A stretch of DNA of 64,000 nucleotides. Origin: Alphaproteobacteria bacterium (GTDB lineage: Bacteria; Pseudomonadota; Alphaproteobacteria; UBA828). Of this stretch, positions 7,822-17,392 are shown piece by piece (positions within the stretch are counted from its first letter, which is position 1; every line of letters begins with the position of its first letter). The translations under genes and the position numbers were made by a program. Location of the stretch: assembly GCA_965214705.1 (NCBI GenBank), contig CBDCCI010000002.1, positions 480,001 to 544,000 on the forward strand. The letters run 5' to 3'. The notes under the pieces were generated by a model that saw only the letters and a program-made list of their open reading frames with translations, was not told where the DNA came from and searched no databases.

Positions 7822-10242
7822 ATGAATCATGTGCTACTCGCCAAATCGCAGCGCGAAGAGGACGGCCAGATTGTCGAGCCGGTATCCTTACTGGATCACT
7901 CAAGGGCCGTCCTCGCAGCAGCCCATGCGATTCTCGACGAGATTGAAGACTTCCTTCCCCCGGAAATAGCCAAGCCCGATCTACGGAAACTGGTTCTCGC
8001 CGGAGCGGTCCTGCACGACATCGGCAAGGCCAACAACATGTTTCAGGGAATGCTTCGCCCGAAACGGGCGGAGTTCCCGGAGATCCGATGGCCCCAGAGG
8101 CAGCCGCTCCGCCATGAAGGGCTTAGCGCCCTGATTGTCGCAGGGTATATCGAGGAAGCCCGCGAGTTCTCCGACCATTTGGTCGATGAGTTCTTTGATG
8201 ATTGGAACGATCCGCACCAGGCCCTGTGGATGCTGGCTTGGCTGGTGGGTGGCCATCACCTCCAGATGCATCACGCTGAGGAAGCCGCGGTTGCCATGGT
8301 TCGCATCAGCGGCATTCCCGACGGAGCAATCCGGTTTCATGGCAATCTCTTGGGAGAAAGATGGCAACGAGAATTCGCCGACGTGTTGGGTGAGGCGCCT
8401 TGCGTTCCTGATTTTGTCGTTTCCACGGACATCGGCGACAGCGACGGACACCACGCCGCCCTCATGGATTATTTCGCCTGGGAGTCGGAAGAAAGAGCCG
8501 AATCTCTGTCAGCTGAGGAGTTGCGCTTGCTGGCGTTTGCGAAGGCGATTCTTATTGCCGCCGACGTCGCTGGCTCCGCGTTGTGGGACACGAAAGGCGG
8601 CAAGATGACCCGCTTGGAAAGCGGCGTAAGAATGTCGTTGCAGAACCATTGCCGGCGAGAAGATCTGACGGAAATTATGCGCACCCGTCTTGATGTGGGA
8701 GAAGACGGCGGCTACGAGCCCAAACTTTATCCCTTTCAGCGTCGAGTCCGCAACGCGCGTCAATCCCGTGTCGTTCTGGAGGCGGCTTGTGGCGGCGGCA
8801 AAACGCTCGCAGCCTATGGATGGGCGCTACAGCACGCGGAACAAGGACGCAAGTTGATCATCTGCTACCCGACCACGGGAACGGCGGCGGCGGGTTTCGA
8901 GGACTACCTGCTGATTCAGGGCGAGCTGGAACGCAAGCTGATGACGGGCCGCGCCGATGTTGACGTTCGCCGAATGCTGGCCAACGAGCCCGAGCCGGTC
9001 GACGGCAAAGAACGTAGTCTGCGTCACCCCAACCGCGACGAAGACCTGGAAAACCTATTGAAACAAGAGTCCCTGCAAGCCTGGGGCCAGCAAGCCATCG
9101 CCGCGACCGCTGATTTCGTCCTGGGATTGATGCAGAACCATCGCCGGGGACTCTTCAGCTTTCCGGCCATCATCAAGAGCGCAATCGTTTTCGACGAAGT
9201 CCACAGCTACGACACCAAGATGTTCGGCTCACTGGTTCGATTCTTGCGTGTATTCCCGAATGTCCCCGCGTTGCTGATGACAGCGTCGCTGCAACCGGCG
9301 CGGCGTGAAGCGTTGGATTCAGCTGGTATTGAATACGCACTTGTTCTCGGCGACGATGATAAGGAAAGAACTGGAAGGTATCGCCTGGAATGGTGCGAAA
9401 AGGATCCCCTTGTGTCGGTCGACGAAGTCCAAATCACGGCCCCGGACAAATGCTGGTCCGACGTTCAAAACGCGCTTGACAAAGGTGGTAAAGTGCTTTG
9501 GGTGTGTAACACTGTCGCGGACGCCGTACGCGTTTATGACGAGGCGGAGAAGCTGGACGGCCATGCGAAACGCATCCTGTTTCACAGCCGCTTCTGCTAT
9601 CGCCACCGCGTGGACCGTCAGAACGAGATACTGACAACCTTCAACGAAGACAAGATGCCGTGTCTGGCGGTCACGACTCAGGTGTGCGAGATGTCGCTGG
9701 ATATCAGTGCGGATATGCTGGTGACCGCCCTTTCGCCGTTTCCCGCTCTCGTGCAGCGGATGGGCCGGCTGAACCGCCGTTTGACAAACCCGGACGGCGC
9801 CCTTTGCTTGGTCTATGACTATGACGGCATGGATGGCCGGCCTTATCGTCGGGCGGATCTGAAGACGGCCCGCGATGCCGTCAGGATCCTCGCCGAAGCG
9901 CGCGGGCAGTTGTCCCAGCGCGATCTCAAGAACGAGCTGGACGGGATGCCCGAAGCGGTCGACGACATTAAGTTCCATTCCGCTTGGCTGGACGGCGGCT
10001 GGGAAAGCAGACAGGCGGCCCTGCGAGAGGGCGACGCGACCGTGCCGGTCTTGTTGGCGCAGCATGAGAGCGATATACGCGAGCGGATAAGGGAAGTCGG
10101 CAAGAACGCGGCCGTCAAAGCCGTCAAGGAGTGGTTGGTTCCGATTCTGCACGGAGCCAGGGAATTCCGCGTGGTCGGCCGAATAGGCGGCTATCCGGTC
10201 GTGTACGGCGTCGAATACGACGAAGAAAAAGGCGCGCGATGA
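7822..10242 (+). CDS. cas3: Cas3 HD nuclease-helicase
   Basis: LHDIGKAN, AACGGGKT, FDEVH, TQVCEMSLDI, QRMGRLNR. Confidence 0.96.
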   Translation: MNHVLLAKSQREEDGQIVEPVSLLDHSRAVLAAAHAILDEIEDFLPPEIAKPDLRKLVLAGAVLHDIGKANNMFQGMLRPKRAEFPEIRWPQRQPLRHEGLSALIVAGYIEEAREFSDHLVDEFFDDWNDPHQALWMLAWLVGGHHLQMHHAEEAAVAMVRISGIPDGAIRFHGNLLGERWQREFADVLGEAPCVPDFVVSTDIGDSDGHHAALMDYFAWESEERAESLSAEELRLLAFAKAILIAADVAGSALWDTKGGKMTRLESGVRMSLQNHCRREDLTEIMRTRLDVGEDGGYEPKLYPFQRRVRNARQSRVVLEAACGGGKTLAAYGWALQHAEQGRKLIICYPTTGTAAAGFEDYLLIQGELERKLMTGRADVDVRRMLANEPEPVDGKERSLRHPNRDEDLENLLKQESLQAWGQQAIAATADFVLGLMQNHRRGLFSFPAIIKSAIVFDEVHSYDTKMFGSLVRFLRVFPNVPALLMTASLQPARREALDSAGIEYALVLGDDDKERTGRYRLEWCEKDPLVSVDEVQITAPDKCWSDVQNALDKGGKVLWVCNTVADAVRVYDEAEKLDGHAKRILFHSRFCYRHRVDRQNEILTTFNEDKMPCLAVTTQVCEMSLDISADMLVTALSPFPALVQRMGRLNRRLTNPDGALCLVYDYDGMDGRPYRRADLKTARDAVRILAEARGQLSQRDLKNELDGMPEAVDDIKFHSAWLDGGWESRQAALREGDATVPVLLAQHESDIRERIREVGKNAAVKAVKEWLVPILHGAREFRVVGRIGGYPVVYGVEYDEEKGAR

Positions 10243-12149
10243 CCGGCCAAGTCAAGAAGGCGAAAAGCACCGGAACGATCTTCCGCCTGAACGAGCCCGG
10301 TATGGGTGAGCATGAACGCGCGGGCCTGGCGGGTTTGTGCTTGAGCCTGACTGCGGCAGCGGCGTGGGAAAATCAGCGGAAGGCGTGGCCGTTGCCCGGG
10401 GCCGTGGCAAAGAAGCTCGACGCGTTGTATGAAACGATAAGCAATTCGGACGCACTGGGCTTTCCCTTCTCGGAAAACGGTAGCGGCGTCCGTTTGGAGT
10501 GGCCGGCGGGCGGTGAAAAGGCCGCGTTGGAGGCTGCCGTCAAATGGGCGTGGCAGGTCCATGACGGCGTGCTGTTCCTCCCCGGTGTCCATCGAAAGCG
10601 CGAGCATCTGGACTGCTACTATTTGCGGTTGCATATCCATGACGGCCTGTTGGGAACCTTTTTCCAGTTCCCCCGAACGATCAAGAAAGTGAAAGATCCT
10701 GAGCGGAGGGTCGTGCGCTTCGACGAGGAGAAGACCTTCTCGGTATCTTATCGCCGTATCACGTCCCACACTTTGCCCCAGCATAAGGCCGTCCCCAAGA
10801 TGGGGGTTTGCGGCGATGCTCTGGTCCCGACCATGTCTTCGTGGATTTACCCCGGGTCGGAGCCACGTTTCAACAACAACATCCCACCGAAACTCCAGCG
10901 GGAGACCGGATGGCGCGGTCCGGCGCGGTTCGCCTATCTGATGTTGTTTGCGCCCATCGCCTGTCATTACATTAGGTTGCCGCGCTCGAATGCTCAAAAT
11001 TGGTCATACATGGTTCCAAGCGTCGAGAACCTGCCGAAGTTTCAGCGCGGATTCCTGCGCCGGAATATTGTCAATGCCGGGAATTGGCCATTCCACGGCG
11101 AGGTCGCGGGGCTGGAGGACGCCGCGTTGCGCTATGCGACGCGGGACAAGACGCACGGGCAGTCCGTGACGGTCGTCATGGGAAAAGCCGACTTCTACCA
11201 TCCGCAGCAGAAGACGCGCAAAAATCTGTGGCGAGATATCGCCGTGGCCGATGACATGCGAAGGGCATTTCGACGCTATGGCATTTTCAACCGCGTATTT
11301 CCGGCGAGCAACACGGTCCGGCCGACCCGCGAGGTCAAGTGCGAGGAAAGCGACGAGAAGGGTAACCATTTCGTTGTCCTGCCGAATTGCCGTGAGCGGA
11401 TCACCGCGAACATATTGCGCAACGATCCATGGTATGCCGATCTGGCCTATATTCCTTTCTGGCAGCGCGACCGCATCGAGAACGAGTGCCAGAATGCTCG
11501 GAAACGCGGTCTGCGGGCGGTAGGACTGAACGTGCCGTGGCGAAGTGACGATCAAGAGAAGGAAACTATCTCTCCAGCGAGGCTATGGTTCCTGAAATTG
11601 TACCACTTTGAGAGGAAGCACCTGATGTCACTTGCGGACGAAAGCGAAGTCTGGGATGACCCGCTGGAGAAGCACTTGCTCGACGCCTTTCGCGAAGCGT
11701 TCCGGCGGCTCTTGAATCGTGAGTACGCAGCCGTCCGGAAAAGGAGCGGAAGCCGCGACCTGCACAAACGCTGGGACAATACGGCGGACAAGTGGCACCG
11801 CCGCCTCCTCCATGCCAAGACCCGGCTCTTGCTGTCCACAGCGGTACACGAGTTGCTCGTCGAGGCGTCGAGAAGCCCGTCGTATTTCGTGGAGAAGGAT
11901 GGCACGCGGGTGGAACGCCCTCCTGGGCCGGCCTTTCTGCTTTCGAGAAAGGGCGGCGGCGAGGAGTCCCGTCGTGACCGCAACGATAGATTCCACGCCG
12001 AATTCCGCCGAATGGTAAATCATCGGAGCGACTGGAAGAAGATTCGCGATCTGGCGCTTCTGGCGCTGACGACATTTACGGACTCGCGTCTCCGACAGCC
12101 CAGAAACGACCAATCCTCCAGAGACCACGAAGAGGAAATCGACCAGTGA
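10239..12149 (+). CDS. cas8: Cas8 large subunit, Cmx8/Myxan type
   Basis: HERAGLAGL N-terminal motif, LFAPIAC, C-terminal RDLALLAL; sits between cas3 and cas7. Confidence 0.85.
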   Translation: MTGQVKKAKSTGTIFRLNEPGMGEHERAGLAGLCLSLTAAAAWENQRKAWPLPGAVAKKLDALYETISNSDALGFPFSENGSGVRLEWPAGGEKAALEAAVKWAWQVHDGVLFLPGVHRKREHLDCYYLRLHIHDGLLGTFFQFPRTIKKVKDPERRVVRFDEEKTFSVSYRRITSHTLPQHKAVPKMGVCGDALVPTMSSWIYPGSEPRFNNNIPPKLQRETGWRGPARFAYLMLFAPIACHYIRLPRSNAQNWSYMVPSVENLPKFQRGFLRRNIVNAGNWPFHGEVAGLEDAALRYATRDKTHGQSVTVVMGKADFYHPQQKTRKNLWRDIAVADDMRRAFRRYGIFNRVFPASNTVRPTREVKCEESDEKGNHFVVLPNCRERITANILRNDPWYADLAYIPFWQRDRIENECQNARKRGLRAVGLNVPWRSDDQEKETISPARLWFLKLYHFERKHLMSLADESEVWDDPLEKHLLDAFREAFRRLLNREYAAVRKRSGSRDLHKRWDNTADKWHRRLLHAKTRLLLSTAVHELLVEASRSPSYFVEKDGTRVERPPGPAFLLSRKGGGEESRRDRNDRFHAEFRRMVNHRSDWKKIRDLALLALTTFTDSRLRQPRNDQSSRDHEEEIDQ

Positions 12150-13090
12150 CCACGCACATCTTCGGTATGGCGCTCACGCACGAGGGTACCTTCTCCAACA
12201 ACCGGGGCGAAAACGAGGGCAACACCAACACGCTTCAGAAGGTCATACGCAACGGCGACATCTTCTCGACCGTTTCGGCGGAGGCGATTCGCTACGCCCT
12301 GCGCGACGGCTGGCAGCGTGATGGCGAAACCCTGAACCGGAGGACGCTCGACCATCGAGCAGTCGAATACAATGATCGGGACTTCAGTCCCGATCATTGG
12401 CCGTCCCGTCTGGATGACGATGTTCTCGGATTCATGCACGCACGGGAAGACACCGTGAGCCGCCGCGCGCCGCTGGAAGTGACCCGCGCCATTTCCGTCA
12501 CGCCATGGACCGGCGAGGTCATGCACAACTTTGCTGCTCCCGGCTCCAATCCGATAGAGAGACGCGATGACCCGAACCCAATCCCGTATTCGGTGGAAGT
12601 CCATCATACCCGCTATCAGTTCGGATTCGCCCTGACGCCGGATTCTCTGGGACGGGCAAGCAATGACGTCAACAGCGTACACAACGACGACGAGAAGATC
12701 AGGCGTGTTTCTGCAACACTGAACGGCCTCGCCGGCCTGCGGCGGGTCGGCGGCGCCCATGCCCGTTATTTCGCTGACTATTCGCCGGAAATCCTCATCC
12801 TTCGCGTTACCGCCGACCCCGCGCCGCGCATGCTATATTGCTTCGAGCAATCTGAGGGAAGCGGCTCCATCGGCGTCCGCACTCTTGAAAAGAAGCTCGG
12901 CAAAGATATCGCCCCCGAGGAACTGATCATCGGCGCGGCGATCGACATCTCCGAGTTGCGCGACTTGAAGTCGGACGATAGCGGACGCATCCTCGACGAC
13001 GGGGGCCCGTGGAAGGGAGCGACCTTGGCCGGCGGCGTGAAAGACGCAGTCGCAAGGTGCGTGGACCGCTTGAGCGGCCGGGTGTCGTGA
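12146..13090 (+). CDS. cas7: Cas7 (DevR-type)
   Basis: NNRGENEGNTNTLQK, TVSAEAIRYALR, DDDVLGFM. Confidence 0.93.
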   Translation: MTTHIFGMALTHEGTFSNNRGENEGNTNTLQKVIRNGDIFSTVSAEAIRYALRDGWQRDGETLNRRTLDHRAVEYNDRDFSPDHWPSRLDDDVLGFMHAREDTVSRRAPLEVTRAISVTPWTGEVMHNFAAPGSNPIERRDDPNPIPYSVEVHHTRYQFGFALTPDSLGRASNDVNSVHNDDEKIRRVSATLNGLAGLRRVGGAHARYFADYSPEILILRVTADPAPRMLYCFEQSEGSGSIGVRTLEKKLGKDIAPEELIIGAAIDISELRDLKSDDSGRILDDGGPWKGATLAGGVKDAVARCVDRLSGRVS

Positions 13091-13773
13091 CAGGCACGGT
13101 CCCCGACTCGAGCGATATCCTCACCCTGCGAGTGGATGTTCCGATGGCGGGACTGCGTCCTATGTGGGCGCGGGAGTATCAGGAGACTTATCCCGCGCCG
13201 CCGCCCTCCACAGTCTACGGCATGTTGCTGTCTCTCGTCGGCCTCGAACGCGAGGACAAAGACAGACACTCCGGTTTGCGAATCGTGCTCGCGCTCGCGG
13301 AACACACGGCGGAGTCACTCTGGCGAAGGCAGGAGAAAGGACGGGTGTTCCGCAAATTCCGCCGCGTGGCTCAGAGCAAGAGGGACGCCGATCCCCTTGC
13401 CGACCGCCGTCCCGATTACCAGGAACTATTGCTCGGTCTGGAATTCTGGACATGGGTGGACGACTCACAGACGAAATGTCCGCTGTCCGATAAAATCCGC
13501 ATGGCGCTCGATCCGGAACGACGCAGCGAAGTTGTCCGACACGGCGCGCTATGCCTTGGCGAGTCCTCGCATATGGTCAACGAAATTTCGCTGGATCGTC
13601 CACACGGGAAAGGACGCTTTGTGGCCCCGTGCGAAAACGGATTTCTTTCAATGCCGGTCTGGAGCAACTACGGTGCAACCGGTCGGCCGACATTGGTCAA
13701 CTTTGAAATCCGAGAACCGGAAGAATTGCCGAATGATCCGCCCGACGACTGCTGGATCATCATCGCTCCCTGA
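13087..13773 (+). CDS. cas5: Cas5 (DevS-type)
   Basis: AREYQETYPAPPPSTVYGMLLSLVG, RPDYQELL, LCLGESSH. Confidence 0.93.
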   Translation: MTGTVPDSSDILTLRVDVPMAGLRPMWAREYQETYPAPPPSTVYGMLLSLVGLEREDKDRHSGLRIVLALAEHTAESLWRRQEKGRVFRKFRRVAQSKRDADPLADRRPDYQELLLGLEFWTWVDDSQTKCPLSDKIRMALDPERRSEVVRHGALCLGESSHMVNEISLDRPHGKGRFVAPCENGFLSMPVWSNYGATGRPTLVNFEIREPEELPNDPPDDCWIIIAP

Positions 13774-15458
13774 TGACAGATGCCTCGACAGACGGTGCCC
13801 CGGCTACCCCGCCCCCCGAAGACGGAGACAACTCGCTCATCCGTGTCATGGCGTTGCACGCCTTGGCCTATTGCGAGCGGCTGTTCTATCTGGAAGAGGT
13901 CGAAGAACTTCGCGTTGCCGACCACCGCGTTCACGCCGGGCGCACACTGCACCAAGCGGAGGTGGATGGGAAGCGCGAGTGGCGGAGCTTGGAGCTTGCC
14001 AGCGACAACTGGGGCATTCGCGGCAAGGTGGATTTCGCCCGCTACCGCGATGGCCAACTTGTCGCCATAGAACACAAGAAGGGCCGCTCCAGGGGCGACG
14101 AAGCTTGGGAGACCGACAAGCTTCAAGTCACGGCCTATGCCGTTCTCCTGTCCGAACACTTCGAGAGACCGGTGGCGGAGGGGCGCGTGCGGTACCACGC
14201 CAGCAACAAGACGGTGCGCGTGGCCGTAGACGACGCGGCCCGCGAGCGTCTGCGGCGCGCCGTCGCTCGAGCGCGGAAGCTGTCGCTTTCGCTGGAGCGT
14301 CCGCCGGTGACGGACAATGAGAACCTGTGCGCCAAGTGCTCGCTCGCGCCGGTGTGTTTGCCCGAGGAGGCCCGCCTGGCCGCCGCGGTTGGCGAGGCCG
14401 ACGAACCGGCTTGTGCCGCGAAGCCACGCCGCCTGTTCCCGAAAGACGATGCGCGCCGCGTTCTGCATGTCGTGAATCCGGACGCGCAGGTGAGGCGTGC
14501 CGGCCTGCAATTCGTGGTGCGCGATTCCGATGGCGAGGAGAAGAAGTTTCCCGGCATGGATGTCGGCGCCGTGATCCTGCACGGCAACGCACAGATCACA
14601 TCGCAGGCAATCCGTTTCGCCGTCGCCAACGACATCGCCGTGCACTGGATCAGTGGCGGCGGCTGGTATGTAGGCGGCGTCGCGCCGCCCGCCGGTACGC
14701 ACCGGCGCCTGCGGCAATACCGGGCATTGCAGGACGAGGATTTTAGCCTGCGTCTCGCGCGTCGCTTGGCAGAAGCCAAGATGGAAAACCAAGTACGGTT
14801 CATCGTCCGTCAGTCGCGCGTGCGTGGCGTGCGCGCGAAAGCGGAGGCATTCTTGGCCGTCATGCGCGGCCAACTCCGGCAGGTTGAGCGATGCGCCGAC
14901 GCGGATGCCCTGCGCGGCCACGAGGGGATCGCGGCCCGTAACTACTTTTCGGCGCTCGCCCTACTTCTCGATGCCCGGGAGAAGACGATGGTGTTCTCCG
15001 GGCGAACCCGCCGACCGCCGCGCGACGGCTTCAACGCGGCCCTGTCCTTCGGCTACGGCCTGTTGTACCGCGAGGTCATGGCCGCGATCATCGCAGTGGG
15101 ACTGGACTCCGCGGTGGGATTCTTTCACGCGCCACGCACCGCGGCTCATCCGTTGGCGCTGGATCTGATGGAACTGTTTCGTACCACCCTGTGGGACATG
15201 CCGCTGGCGGCGTCGGTCAACCGGCGACAATGGACCGCTGAACATCTCGCAGTGAACAAGAAGAGGGTTTGGCTTTCCGACGCGGGCAAGCGCTTGGCGA
15301 TCAGCCTGTTCGAGCAACGCAAGCAGGAGACCTGGAAGCACCCAGTGCTCGATTATTCCCTGAGCTATGCGCGGACGATAGAACTGGAGGCGCGGCTTCT
15401 GGAAAAGGAATGGAGCGGCGAGGAAGGGCTGTTCGCCCGCATGCGCCTGCGCGGATGA
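13773..15458 (+). CDS. cas1: Cas4-Cas1 fusion
   Basis: YCERLFYL and CAKCSLAPVC Cas4 cysteines; GHEGIAARNYF, FNAALSFGY, LALDLMELFR Cas1 motifs. Confidence 0.95.
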   Translation: MTDASTDGAPATPPPEDGDNSLIRVMALHALAYCERLFYLEEVEELRVADHRVHAGRTLHQAEVDGKREWRSLELASDNWGIRGKVDFARYRDGQLVAIEHKKGRSRGDEAWETDKLQVTAYAVLLSEHFERPVAEGRVRYHASNKTVRVAVDDAARERLRRAVARARKLSLSLERPPVTDNENLCAKCSLAPVCLPEEARLAAAVGEADEPACAAKPRRLFPKDDARRVLHVVNPDAQVRRAGLQFVVRDSDGEEKKFPGMDVGAVILHGNAQITSQAIRFAVANDIAVHWISGGGWYVGGVAPPAGTHRRLRQYRALQDEDFSLRLARRLAEAKMENQVRFIVRQSRVRGVRAKAEAFLAVMRGQLRQVERCADADALRGHEGIAARNYFSALALLLDAREKTMVFSGRTRRPPRDGFNAALSFGYGLLYREVMAAIIAVGLDSAVGFFHAPRTAAHPLALDLMELFRTTLWDMPLAASVNRRQWTAEHLAVNKKRVWLSDAGKRLAISLFEQRKQETWKHPVLDYSLSYARTIELEARLLEKEWSGEEGLFARMRLRG

Positions 15459-15739
15459 GTGGCCGGCACTGGTATATTTTCAGCTACGACATCCGGGACC
15501 CAAAACGGTGGCGCCTAGTGTATAAGATCGTCAACGGTTATGGGGAGCGGTTGCAGTACTCCCTGTTTCGATGCCACCTGACGCGGACGCAGATGGAACA
15601 AGCCCGGCACGAATTGGAAAAGGTGCTGGGGGAAGAAGACGACCTGCTCGTGATTCGGCTGTCGCCGCGCTCTCAGGTCATAGAGCGGACCAACGGAAAA
15701 CAGTGGGCCGATCCACCGCCGCGCTTCGATATCGTGTAG
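15455..15739 (+). CDS. cas2: Cas2
   Basis: YIFSYDIRDPKRW...YGERLQYSLF. Confidence 0.95.
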   Translation: MSGRHWYIFSYDIRDPKRWRLVYKIVNGYGERLQYSLFRCHLTRTQMEQARHELEKVLGEEDDLLVIRLSPRSQVIERTNGKQWADPPPRFDIV

Positions 15740-15987
15740 CGCCGCGCGCGGCGGCAAGCGCCACCGGGTGGACTAGACCGCACGCGGCAAAGAAGTGGAA
15801 ATCCTGCACGATTTCAATACCTTTGATGGGCGGGTTCGCCATGTCGTGCTTGCCGGCGCCTGACAACTGAAGTTCCGTCATTTTCCTGCCGGACGACAAG
15901 CACCGGACCGGCACATGTGACGAACCGGTTGAGGTGCATGATTAGTCAGGCTATTATCCCCGCAAAACAGTGTGTTATACGAATAGA
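15740..15987 (+). promoter_or_regulatory. CRISPR leader
   Basis: Non-coding stretch between cas2 and the first repeat, more AT-rich near the repeat. Confidence 0.75.
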
Positions 15988-17392
15988 GTGAAATTGTCAG
16001 TGATGCCGAGAGGCGTTGAGCACCCGATACCGATACCGTCCGCGTGCTCGCGGAGTGGGTGAAATTGTCAGTGATGCCGAGAGGCGTTGAGCACAGTGTG
16101 AGTGAGACGATCCACCCAGTCAATCGAGTGGGTGAAATTGTCAGTGATGCCGAGAGGCGTTGAGCACAAACAGGGTGTGCACGATATTTCCCTCGCCGAC
16201 TAGTGAAATTGTCAGTGATGCCGAGAGGCGTTGAGCACAGAAAGACCCCAAAGAGAGAGATCAAGCACTGCGGTGAAATTGTCAGTGATGCCGAGAGGCG
16301 TTGAGCACATGCAATTCGACAACCGCATGCGCATCCTCATGCACCGTGAAATTGTCAGTGATGCCGAGAGGCGTTGAGCACCACACAAACCAAAAGTTGC
16401 GTGTCATCCGAATTCGGTGAAATTGTCAGTGATGCCGAGAGGCGTTGAGCACCTCAGACGAGAGTGCACCCAGAACTACAAGATCAGAGTGAAATTGTCA
16501 GTGATGCCGAGAGGCGTTGAGCACACCGCCGAGGAATCGACCCTCCAGCCGCTCCGCGAGTGTGAAATTGTCAGTGATGCCGAGAGGCGTTGAGCACTGC
16601 GACGATAGCGGCACTGGGCAATCCTGCCCGTGCAGTGAAATTGTCAGTGATGCCGAGAGGCGTTGAGCACCTCGCGAATCTCGCCAAGGTATACGACCTG
16701 GACGAAGGTGAAATTGTCAGTGATGCCGAGAGGCGTTGAGCACGTGATGGTGCGCGGAGTTGAAGCCTGATTTCGTCGCGTGAAATTGTCAGTGATGCCG
16801 AGAGGCGTTGAGCACTACAACCGGGTCCTCCTGCCGAACGCGCGGTTCAAGCGAAATTGTCAGTGATGCCGAGAGGCGTTGAGCACCGCAATGCCCGGGC
16901 AGGAACGTAACCGCCACGCACGGGCGAAATTGTCAGTGATGCCGAGAGGCGTTGAGCACTAGATGTGGTTGGCGGTCGCCGACCGGTGGAGGGTGAGCGA
17001 AATTGTCAGTGATGCCGAGAGGCGTTGAGCACATTGTCGTCACGTCGCCTGGCGCGGCTCGCAACGGCGAAATTGTCAGTGATGCCGAGAGGCGTTGAGC
17101 ACATGAGCAGGTGGTCGAGCGCATCCGCCGCCATGTCTGCGAAATTGTCAGTGATGCCGAGAGGCGTTGAGCACCCGCTGCACGCTCCCGGTGGTGACGT
17201 CGGTGGGGTCGAACGGCGAAATTGTCAGTGATGCCGAGAGGCGTTGAGCACACCGAGACGCTCGAGATTAGCCACCGCGCCACCGGGCGAAATTGTCAGT
17301 GATGCCGAGAGGCGTTGAGCACATCGTGGCGATCAAGAGCCGCGAGGTTTGGGAAATGGGCGAAATTGTCAGTGATGCCGAGAGGCGTTGAG
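15988..17392 (+). CRISPR. CRISPR array, 20 repeats (36 bp, last truncated) and 19 spacers of 34-41 bp
   Basis: Repeat GTGAAATTGTCAGTGATGCCGAGAGGCGTTGAGCAC; repeats 13-20 begin GCG. Confidence 0.98.

Noticed and set aside
15878-17283. ORFs within the array
   Set aside because: Translations of CRISPR repeats
16024-17359. Self-targeting spacers within the window
   Set aside because: None seen by eye; an alignment is needed to exclude them
292-17392. CRISPR-guided transposon (CAST) or RNA-guided integration by the twin recombinases
   Set aside because: No TnsA/B/C or TniQ, Cas3 and adaptation genes are intact, and no spacer visibly matches the att site
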